Positions 10,401 to 17,125 of a stretch of DNA of 32,000 nt are shown here, piece after piece. The translations under genes and the position numbers were made by a program. Location of the stretch: contig NC_008312.1 of assembly GCF_000014265.1 (NCBI RefSeq), positions 1-32,000 on the forward strand. The letters run 5' to 3'. The first letter of the stretch is position 1. Each line of letters starts with the position of its first letter. The stretch is from Trichodesmium erythraeum IMS101 (GTDB lineage: Bacteria > Cyanobacteriota > Cyanobacteriia > Cyanobacteriales > Microcoleaceae). The notes beneath the pieces were generated by a model. It did no database searches. It had not been told where the DNA came from and saw only the letters and a program-made list of their open reading frames with translations.

Positions 10401-10973
10401 GTTACAGAAATAGAAGAGTTTGAAGTAACAATTCCGGCGAAAGCTTTAAGAGAGGTTGAACGTATGATTAGTATGGGTAAGTCTGGTTCTTCTGTGACAT
10501 TAAAGTTTGATGAAAATCAGGTTATTTTTGAGTTGGGAAAGCAGCGTTTAACTAGCCGAAAATTAGAAGGCCAATATCCTGCTTACCAACAATTGTTACC
10601 TAATCAGTTTACTAATCAAATTAATGTAGATCGAAAAAAATTTTTAGGAGCTGTGGAAAGAATTGCTGTTTTAGCTGACCAAAAGAATAATATCTTGAAG
10701 TGTACTATTGATAGTGTTAATCAAGAAATTTCTTTATCTGTAGATGCTCAAGATGTGGGAAGTGGTCGAGAATCTATGGCAGCACAAATCTCTAGTGATG
10801 AGCCAGAAGAAATTGCTTTTAATGTGAAATATTTGATTGAAGGATTAAAGGCTATTCCCTCAGCTTCTGAAATTTCTATTCAGTTAAATACTGCTACAAC
10901 TCCAGTAGTTTTAAATCCTTTGGGAGGATTTCAAATGACTTATTTAATTATGCCTGTCCAGTTAAGATCTTAG
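4461..10973 (+). CDS. dnaN: DNA polymerase III beta sliding clamp, split gene: join(4461..4490,5899..5953,7082..7239,9075..9377,10356..10973)
   Basis: The five exons total 1164 nt (387 aa plus stop) and stay in frame across every junction. The spliced protein reads MKLTCTQSDL|SSNLSLVSRAVPSRPNHP|VLANVLLTAD...NDIVS|RLPEGNITID...ATDGHRLAIV|QTESVMQEGEEE...LIMPVQLRS, a typical cyanobacterial DnaN. Every break is flanked by a GTGCGAC... intron 5' end and a ...GCTTAGTTTAAC intron 3' end. Confidence 0.93.
4491..5898 (+). mobile_element. Group II intron 1 in dnaN (1408 nt), ORF-degenerate
   Basis: - 5' end GTGCGACTCGTTGG.
- Domain V GAGCCGTGATGAGGTGAAAGTCTCACGTCCGGTTC at 5821-5855, with the AGC triad.
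- 3' end GCTTAGTTTAAC.
- Candidate EBS1 TAAGTC (4837-4842) is complementary to the last 6 nt of exon 1 (GACTTA).
- Domain IV holds a decayed intron-encoded protein: the RT N-terminus is in track ORF 5088..5360 (WKDIDGKRVLKNMFKLQKLIYKAS) and an HNH-like remnant LDCHDTKTA lies at 5677-5703, with many stops between them. Confidence 0.9.
5899..5953 (+). CDS. dnaN: dnaN exon 2 (55 nt)
   Basis: Encodes SSNLSLVSRAVPSRPNHP plus the first base of a Val codon, which is completed by exon 3. Confidence 0.9.
5954..7081 (+). mobile_element. Group II intron 2 in dnaN (1128 nt), ORF-degenerate
   Basis: - 5' end GTGCGACTCGTTGG.
- Domain V at 6992-7026.
- 3' end GCTTAGTTTAAC.
- Candidate EBS1 CTGGGT (6299-6304) is complementary to the exon 2 end ACCCAG.
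- The IEP remnant starts at 6542 with ATG mutated to ATT. It has an in-frame TAG in the LQ*LIY segment and an HNH remnant HCHDLKTA at 6881-6904. Confidence 0.9.
7082..7239 (+). CDS. dnaN: dnaN exon 3 (158 nt)
   Basis: Encodes (V)LANVLLTADVDSQCLELTGFDLGLGIRSSFPAVVETSGSFTLPAKLFNDIVS. Confidence 0.9.
7240..9074 (+). mobile_element. Group II intron 3 in dnaN (1835 nt), longest, with the most complete but dead IEP remnant
   Basis: - 5' end GTGCGACTCGTTGG.
- Domain V at 8998-9031.
- 3' end GCTTAGTTTAAC.
- Candidate EBS1 GGAAAC (7592-7597) pairs with the exon 3 end GTTTCT with one G-U pair.
- IEP remnants: ATG at 7841, RT N-terminus in track ORF 7934..8122, an RT-domain-7-like KPGFDFRGFTIR at 8403-8438, maturase-X-like text (ANYFSGVVSKKIFNKLDNLL), and an HNH remnant CQDTKTA at 8881-8901. 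All are interrupted by stops. Confidence 0.9.
9075..9377 (+). CDS. dnaN: dnaN exon 4 (101 codons)
   Basis: Encodes RLPEGNITIDDDAGEAIATLTSTSGRYQVRGMGGEEYPELP...FVATDGHRLAIV. Track ORF 9168..9395 is its 3' part and runs 5 codons into intron 4. Confidence 0.92.
9378..10355 (+). mobile_element. Group II intron 4 in dnaN (978 nt), most reduced
   Basis: - 5' end GTGCGACTCGTTGG.
- Domain V at 10279-10312, where the closing base is T instead of C, giving a G-U pair.
- 3' end GCTTAGTTTAAC.
- Candidate EBS1 GGCAAT (9733-9738) pairs with the exon 4 end ATTGTC with one G-U pair.
- Only about 60 codons of the IEP N-terminus remain (ATG at 9983; track ORF 10091..10273 reads WKNIDWKRVLRNVFKLQKLIYRASSRG). 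Confidence 0.9.
10356..10973 (+). CDS. dnaN: dnaN exon 5 (205 codons + stop)
   Basis: QTESV followed by track ORF 10371..10973. This is the C-terminal clamp domain (...LEGQYPAYQQLLP...IAFNVKYLIEGLKAI...). Confidence 0.93.
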   Translation, partial: QTESVMQEGEEEIEEVTEIEEFEVTIPAKALREVERMISMGKSGSSVTLKFDENQVIFELGKQRLTSRKLEGQYPAYQQLLPNQFTNQINVDRKKFLGAVERIAVLADQKNNILKCTIDSVNQEISLSVDAQDVGSGRESMAAQISSDEPEEIAFNVKYLIEGLKAIPSASEISIQLNTATTPVVLNPLGGFQMTYLIMPVQLRS

Positions 10974-11373
10974 AGGGTAAAGTTTTCATTATATATTTTT
11001 TGGTGGGTTGAAGTATTTTATATGCTTGAAACTGCTAAATTTGAGATTGTTATTATCTCATTGAATTTGTTTACAAAAATATCTGAATTTTTCAGTATTT
11101 GAGTAGGAAAAATTATAATTTTTGGTTAAATAGTTGGCAGAAAACCTGTGCTTTCCTATAAGGTAACTTCAGGAGGATGTCAACTATTTATGTATTTTTT
11201 ATAAGTTCATTAATATTGCCATGATAACTCTATTTTTGTTGTGTCTAGAATCTTATTATACCAATTTCCTAAAGTCCGACTACACATAATGCTTCAAGAA
11301 TAAAATCATATCCTGTACAAGAAGCAATATCTTTTTGACTAAATCCAGTTAATATATTTCTCAGGATTCTGCG

Positions 11374-11859
11374 TCAGAAATCTAAGGAATCGAAAACTCG
11401 ATTTTTCAAGAATTTTTTCACCTCTTTCCACAGTCTTTCAATGGGATTAACTTCGGGACAATAAGGAGGTTGAAATAATAAAATGATGTGATCAGGGATA
11501 GATAAATCATTCCCTAGATGCCCTCGCCCGTTATCTAATTGAATAATATGAATCTCTTCAGGATATGTTTGAGAAAAAAGCTCTAAAAATCTTTCAAAGC
11601 AAGGAGTATCTAGATGACTAAATTCATAAAAAAAGGAATCTCCTGTTTTTGGTTCTACTAAACCATAAAGCCATAGATATTTAAATAGCCATTGATATAA
11701 ACCAATGGGCTTAACACCGCAAGCAGTAATGACTTTACCTGTTATAGTTTTTAATCCAATTCTAGTCTCGTCTTGACACCAATAGCGAATTGGCAGTTGA
11801 TTTTCCGAATATTTATTAATTAACTTAATTTTCTCTTCTAGTTGAGATGAGAGTTTTTT
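11374..11859 (-). CDS. IS630 transposase orfB (DDE catalytic part), -1 frame relative to orfA
   Basis: My own translation reads ...LSSQLEEKIKLINKYSENQLPIRYWCQDETRIGLKTITGKV...IIQLDNGRGH...PPYCPEVNPIERLWKEVKKFLKNRVFDSLDF-TGA. The D, D and E motifs are all present. The frame is reachable from orfA by a -1 slip on A_AAA_AAC. Transposase-like text continues for 35 more codons beyond the TGA, to a TAG at 11269-11271. Confidence 0.7.
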   Translation of the reverse strand, partial: KKLSSQLEEKIKLINKYSENQLPIRYWCQDETRIGLKTITGKVITACGVKPIGLYQWLFKYLWLYGLVEPKTGDSFFYEFSHLDTPCFERFLELFSQTYPEEIHIIQLDNGRGHLGNDLSIPDHIILLFQPPYCPEVNPIERLWKEVKKFLKNRVFDSLDF

Positions 11860-12341
11860 TTAAAGTTTTCTTGAGCTTCTTTATTTTGTTTTATGTGATT
11901 TGGACGTGGAACTTTTAATTTACTTTTTAATTTATATCTGACTAATTGATGAACTGTTCGATAAGACAGCTCGATGTCAAAACAAGTCGTTAACCACTGT
12001 TGAATTTCACCATAGCTTTGGAAACCTTCCGGGTTTTGCAATTCTGCTTCTAATTTCTCGATTACATTTGGTGGAATTGAACTTGGCCTCCCTCCTAGAT
12101 TTTTCTTTGGTTCTAGTAAAAGATTCAGTCCACCTGTACGATATTTCCCTAACCATTTTTGTACTGTGACTCGATTGCGTCCTAACATTATCGCAATTTC
12201 TTTTACTGTTTCTACTGTTTGAGTTTTCAACCAGTAAATAGTTTGAAGTCTTTCCTTTTCTTGAGCTGTACTCGCACTTTTTAAAAGTTTTTTGAGAGTT
12301 TCTACCGATTCATTTATCTCAATTTTTACTACTCCTGACAT
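11838..12341 (-). CDS. IS630 transposase orfA (HTH DNA-binding part)
   Basis: 167-aa ORF with winged-helix/HTH text (ETVKEIAIMLGRNRVTVQKWLGKYRTGGLNLL). It ends just after an A8 run on the coding strand (T8 at 11854-11861 on the + strand). Confidence 0.85.
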   Translation of the reverse strand: MSGVVKIEINESVETLKKLLKSASTAQEKERLQTIYWLKTQTVETVKEIAIMLGRNRVTVQKWLGKYRTGGLNLLLEPKKNLGGRPSSIPPNVIEKLEAELQNPEGFQSYGEIQQWLTTCFDIELSYRTVHQLVRYKLKSKLKVPRPNHIKQNKEAQENFKKNSHLN

Positions 12342-12894
12342 GGGGACATTTTCTATAATAGGTTACTTCTAAAAGTGTAGCTTAAGTTTATGAAATTAGT
12401 ATTACTTTTTAGGAATAGGTTTTGATAAATCGGGTTAATGGGTAAGAGATTCAGAGTTTATTTCTATTTTTGGTAATTGTGATAACCCATAGGAAGATTG
12501 CTATATATATAGCAGTTTTTTAATCTATAAGGTACAATCTTATATCTCCCTCTAACTCATGTTAAAGCGGATAAGCTTTTCAGGTAATTCCTGAAAAATG
12601 TAGGCTTTATAAACCTCTTTCTTAAACAAAAAACTTGGCACAATTAAAAATTAATGTGTTTGTAATTAAAGGGATATTTATTAGCATTAAATTTTTTTAA
12701 AAATGTGTTTTTTAAAACCCTTTTTTTATGTCATTTTCCCTTTATAAAAACTCCATATACTTATCCATTCTTGAGAAAATATTTGAAGTTTTTTATGATA
12801 ATAGATAGATTACAAATCTATATTTATGGGTATCATAAATGTGCAGATAACTATGGGAATTGGGATAAAAAATTAAATTAATTGGTTAAAAAAT

Positions 12895-15800
12895 ATGGCA
12901 AATGAATTAAGAGAAGGTGACAAAACTCCTGTTGACTATAGTAGTTTATTAAAACAGATTTTAAATGAATTACCAACAATGAATCCATTTAAAGTATCTA
13001 GTAATAAGAAAATTTTAGAAATAAATATTGATGATATAGCTGCTTGTATTGCTAAGACAAAAGTTGAAAATCCTATCAGTAATACTATATCTGTTCGTTC
13101 TGCCACAGTAAATTTTGCTAGTGAAAAAAGTTTTTCGGAAAAAATTCAAGAAATAAAAGGTTGTCTAGAAACTCATTTCAGTTCGGCTTTACAAGGAGAA
13201 AATTTAGTTTATTTTATTGAAGGTTTAACTACTAATTTAGAATCTTTTCAGGGACAAGCAAATAAGTTAGGTTTGTCTTATCCTTTTAATGAAGAATATA
13301 AAGGACTACAAACAAAAGAATTAATTTTAGATTCTAATAAAAATGGCAGTGATTCTATACTGAGGTTTGCTAAACTAACAATTACAGTAGAGAATACTAA
13401 AAAGTTTATATCTCAGCTAGAAACAGGAATTAAAAATCATATATCTGATTCTTTTGAAACTGATAATCAAGGAGAAATGGAAGGTGCTTTAGATATTTTA
13501 AATAGTCAGATAAACGAAGAATCATCAAATTTTAATTTATTGCAAAAACTGGTGGATCAAGAAACTCTAGGAAAACTGAAAAGAGAAGCAATTATTACCT
13601 ATTTAAAATATATTGAGCAAAATGTTGACAGCAAATATAAAAATACTAAAGGTTTTATTTATCTACAGGATTTAATTCGGCGACTAAAATTAATAGAAGA
13701 ATATCTAGACGAGCAAACTGATGATTTTGAAGTTTACTACGCTGGAGTAACTGTTAATTATAAAGATGTTTTTGCTCGTGGGGAAGCCTTTGATGCTCTC
13801 CCAATTATTCCTATTATTGAAGGCAATTTAGGGGAAAGTAGAGATAAAGAAGTAGGAAAAGTTCAGTTTACATTAGGTTTAAAACTTAAGTTGAATGGCA
13901 AGGTACAAAAAGATAGAGGTAAAACTTCTTTTGAGTATAATTTAGATATTATTAACCCGGAGAATTCTGAGCATAAAGCAAAACTAGCTGATCCGGATAT
14001 TCAAAGTCGAGAAAGTTTTGCTAAGAAGGTATTAATTAGAGTGTTTTTATACTATTTTATATTTGCCTGTGATCCTCCTTCATTAATGAATGATGAACTT
14101 CTTTATAACCCTAGGCTTAAGTTCGAGCAGGTTTTAATTGATTTAAAAAGTAGTAAGCATGATGATGAAAAAAGGAAAATTTTCCGGGGCATAGTCAAAG
14201 GTTTTAGTGAATATCGTGTTCAAGAAAAAGTTAATAGTCTATGTCAATTTTTAATCAATTTTATCAACAAAAAGAAAAGGTTGCCAGTATATCATGAAAA
14301 TCAGGTAATTAGTATTAGTAGAGAAATCCTAAATAAGGACTTAGATAGTATTTCTATAGGAGATTTTTTTCAGGAAGATTGGAGAGAAGGAAAGAAAATT
14401 CTTAAATATATTTTCATTGATAAGCCTGGGGTAAATTCTTATACTCTATGTCAAATACCAGTTATTATCAAAATAGAAGATATTCGATATTTTCAAGGAG
14501 ATAGTAATCCAAAAGAATTCAAGTTTGAATATGACATTCAAGGAATGAAAACATTACCTATGTTTTGGATACCTAATACTAACCCTTGTTTAGATAATTA
14601 TAAAGCTTATTTTGAGAAAGAATACAAACACATATTATTTTATTATGATAATAAACGCTTAAATCAAGATAGACAAAACCAAGAACATTTCAATTCTACA
14701 CAAATATTTCTTTATCGTTTTACTTGGATATTATTGTCTTATCTTTGTTTATATATTCTTCTTGAGGAATGTAGTGAAGAGACGAAGGAATTATTATTTA
14801 TCCCTATGGTTAGACTACATGAGGGAACGCCGGCAAATCCATTTCATACTGAAAAATTTTTAGCTGATCTTTCCAAATTATTATGTCATATATTCAACCA
14901 AAAATATCTATGTAATTCTCAAGGGTTCCGGGTAGAAATGAATAAAAGACCTAAAAATTTTCAGATTAGAAATGGCTTAAACTCTCTATATTCTGTATTA
15001 TCTAAAAAGTTTACCTTAACAGATACTTCTAAATTTTTAAACCTGGAAAAATTAGCAATTATTATTGTATCAAGTCGAGAAAGTGATGCCAAAAAAAATA
15101 ATAAAAATTCTAATGATAGGATCATAACTTTAATAGGAGAAGTTATAGGTATTGAAAAACTCGAAGATGGCAGTGTAAAAATTCAACCATTAATAACTTT
15201 TGATAATAATTATTATCTCAGAAAGATGTACGAAAAGCCACCGATTTTAAATGAAACTGTAAAAGACCTTTATGTTCAGGGATACCAAAATTTTTTATAT
15301 GTTGCTCAAGCAACTTACACTAGTACTTTACATATTACTCAACAAGAACAAGATGAGAAACTATATTTTATGTCGCCTACTATTATTAAAGATATGAAGC
15401 AAGGTCAGAAAAATATTAAAATATATCCAGTATTTTATGATAAATATTATGTACATCCTTTTAAAAGTTTGGATAGCCATTCTTTTTATATCCAAGACAC
15501 TAAACAGTTAATGAATATTTCTGAAGATAGTAGTCAAGAAGCGGTTGTATTTTTCAATCTGTTTAATGGTATTTTAGTGGGAAATAACGAACGATTTTAT
15601 AATGGGGTGATTTCATATTCGACTTTGTTAGGAAAATTTTATCCTGGAGTTATGGATGATGCTGATATTCGAGAAGCTTTAGTTTTAGACTCTCAGCTTA
15701 AAAATGACATTTTACAATATCTGACGTTTTTCCACTTTTCACGATTTGAAAGACAAACCAAAGTTAGTTTAAAGTTAGACCCATACGAAAATATTATTGG

Positions 15801-15912
15801 TGATAAATCAGTAGGTGCTTTATCTATATTTCCTCACCTTACAGAAAACATAAATTTTAATGCATTAGCTTTTTTAATAGAGGTTAATAAAGTAGTAGAT
15901 GTATATTTTTAA
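12895..15912 (+). CDS. Large hypothetical protein (1005 aa), upstream partner of the helicase-like ORF
   Basis: Uninterrupted 3018-nt ORF with no competing frame. It is rich in Asn, Lys, Ile and Tyr. I can recognise no P-loop or nuclease, PLD, HEPN, TIR or SIR2-type motif. There are two hydrophobic stretches (VLIRVFLYYFIFAC and IFLYRFTWILLSYLCLYILL). Its last 22 codons recur in the downstream repeat mosaic. Confidence 0.85.
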   Translation: MANELREGDKTPVDYSSLLKQILNELPTMNPFKVSSNKKILEINIDDIAACIAKTKVENPISNTISVRSATVNFASEKSFSEKIQEIKGCLETHFSSALQGENLVYFIEGLTTNLESFQGQANKLGLSYPFNEEYKGLQTKELILDSNKNGSDSILRFAKLTITVENTKKFISQLETGIKNHISDSFETDNQGEMEGALDILNSQINEESSNFNLLQKLVDQETLGKLKREAIITYLKYIEQNVDSKYKNTKGFIYLQDLIRRLKLIEEYLDEQTDDFEVYYAGVTVNYKDVFARGEAFDALPIIPIIEGNLGESRDKEVGKVQFTLGLKLKLNGKVQKDRGKTSFEYNLDIINPENSEHKAKLADPDIQSRESFAKKVLIRVFLYYFIFACDPPSLMNDELLYNPRLKFEQVLIDLKSSKHDDEKRKIFRGIVKGFSEYRVQEKVNSLCQFLINFINKKKRLPVYHENQVISISREILNKDLDSISIGDFFQEDWREGKKILKYIFIDKPGVNSYTLCQIPVIIKIEDIRYFQGDSNPKEFKFEYDIQGMKTLPMFWIPNTNPCLDNYKAYFEKEYKHILFYYDNKRLNQDRQNQEHFNSTQIFLYRFTWILLSYLCLYILLEECSEETKELLFIPMVRLHEGTPANPFHTEKFLADLSKLLCHIFNQKYLCNSQGFRVEMNKRPKNFQIRNGLNSLYSVLSKKFTLTDTSKFLNLEKLAIIIVSSRESDAKKNNKNSNDRIITLIGEVIGIEKLEDGSVKIQPLITFDNNYYLRKMYEKPPILNETVKDLYVQGYQNFLYVAQATYTSTLHITQQEQDEKLYFMSPTIIKDMKQGQKNIKIYPVFYDKYYVHPFKSLDSHSFYIQDTKQLMNISEDSSQEAVVFFNLFNGILVGNNERFYNGVISYSTLLGKFYPGVMDDADIREALVLDSQLKNDILQYLTFFHFSRFERQTKVSLKLDPYENIIGDKSVGALSIFPHLTENINFNALAFLIEVNKVVDVYF

Positions 15913-15924
15913 AGGAAGAAAAAA

Positions 15925-16205
15925 ATGAAGATGACATATCAGTTAGGATTTTGATTGGTGGTAGGTTTTAATATTGCCATTCTTGTAAATATTAAATTCC
16001 ACGAATTTACAAATAATTTTGGTAATTGATATCTTCAATATTTGCATTTTTTAAAATTATATAATTATTATGCAATGGGTGAATAAAAATATTCAATTAT
16101 TACTATTTCAATTTTCAATATTCTCGAAATCCACGGTAAATACAGCCTGTTAATACTCAAGCTTTGTATAGTTATTTCAGTATATTTACTCGACAAACAT
16201 AAAGA
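15925..16205 (+). pseudogene. Decayed copy A of the 5' end of the 1248-aa ORF
   Basis: The ATG lies 12 nt after the gene-1 stop. The frame reads MKMTYQLGF*LVVGFNIAILVNIKFHEFTNNFGN*YLQYLHFLKL...NILEIHGKYSLLILK. It is colinear with the true N-terminus MKITDNLGFLFEVGFNIGILADIQHQKYQNNFGDLYVRDLQQLKL...KNLEIWSRYFILK and contains several stops. Confidence 0.85.
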
Positions 16206-16594
16206 CTGAATTACATACTAATAAAACTATTGAATGGGCTATATTTTATTTGTAATTAGTTTCTAGCATAGCAACTTGTGTTGGTATGTTTGTATAAGAT
16301 AAAGTGTCACTCGTGCTGCACGAATGAAAGTAATGTTAATAGTAGCAAAAATTTCTAGTATATTTAAAGATAATAGTAATATGTAAATATCTGAGCCCTA
16401 TTGCTATAGTATGAAATTTTGCCTATAAAGTCAGTAAAAAAATCAAGCAACATAAAAATATTATCAATTATGAGTAGTTAGTAATTCGTCTGTATTAATC
16501 ACACATAAAAGATACATTTTAATTTAATAAATTAGTATTTTAAATCCGGGTGAATAAAATCTTTTATTCGATACCTTGTTTATATTCCCTCATA

Positions 16595-16770
16595 TTACAT
16601 AAAAGATAAATTGTCATAAATTAGTATTTTTGATAGAGTTTACTAAAATTCTAAATATAGATTTTTAAAGAGAAGCAACAATTTACATAAAAGATAAATT
16701 GTCATAAATTGGTATTTTTGATAGAGTTTACTAAAATTCTAGATATAGATTTTTAAAGGGAAGCAAAAAT
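16595..16770 (+). repeat. 88-bp tandem direct repeat x2, derived from the 3' tail of the 1005-aa ORF
   Basis: Units 16595-16682 and 16683-16770 differ at 4 positions. Both resemble gene-1 tail, stop and RBS region (...ATAGAGTTTACTAAAATTCTAGATATAGATTTTTAAAGGGAAG compared with ...ATAGAGGTTAATAAAGTAGTAGATGTATATTTTTAAAGGAAG). A truncated third copy lies at 16503-16560. Confidence 0.85.
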
Positions 16771-17044
16771 TAATATTACAGACAAGTTAGAATTTTGATT
16801 TTAGGTAGGGTTTAATGTTCTTATTATTGTAGATATTCAATCCCAAAAGTTTACAAATAATTTTGTTGATGTATATCTTTAATATTTGCAGTTATTAAAA
16901 TTACATAATATAATGAAATGGATAAATAAAAATTGATTAAATTATTAATATTAAAAGTTAAAATATTATCGAAATATTGAGTAAATACAGCCTATTATTA
17001 CTCAATTTTTGTACAGTTATTTGAGTATATTTGCTCGACAAATA
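16769..17044 (+). pseudogene. Decayed copy B of the 5' end of the 1248-aa ORF
   Basis: ATG AAG is replaced by ATT AAT. The frame reads ITDKLEF*F*VGFNVLIIVDIQSQKFTNNFVDVYL*YLQLLKL and is colinear with the true N-terminus. Confidence 0.85.
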
Positions 17045-17113
17045 GAAAATATCAATTTTAATAAATTAGCATTTTTGATAAAGGTTACTAAAACCGCAGA
17101 TTTAGATTTTTAA
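17045..17113 (+). repeat. Stop-free copy of the last 22 codons + stop of the 1005-aa ORF, directly upstream of the 1248-aa ORF
   Basis: Reads ENINFNKLAFLIKVTKTADLDF-TAA, compared with the authentic ENINFNALAFLIEVNKVVDVYF-TAA at 15844-15912 (15 of 22 residues identical). The 12-nt spacing to the following ATG is the same in both. Confidence 0.85.
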
Positions 17114-17125
17114 AAAGAAACAATA

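Larger units (their letters stand above)
11269..12341 (-). mobile_element. IS630-family insertion sequence (minimum extent; terminal repeats not resolved)
   Basis: Contains the orfA and orfB features listed below. I could not define convincing terminal inverted repeats by eye. Confidence 0.75.
15844..17125 (+). repeat. Mosaic of decayed duplicates of the gene-1-end / gene-2-start junction
   Basis: See the sub-features and finding 2. The region holds repeated copies of the last ~70 nt of the 1005-aa ORF and the first ~280 nt of the 1248-aa ORF. Confidence 0.85.

Noticed and set aside
16500-17125. A possible CRISPR array or type III toxin-antitoxin (ToxI-like) repeat RNA in the repeat-rich spacer
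   Set aside because: The units are 88 bp or about 365 bp, with no short regular repeat-spacer alternation. They are demonstrably homologous to the flanking coding sequences, and no cas or toxN-like gene is present. They are better explained as junction duplications.
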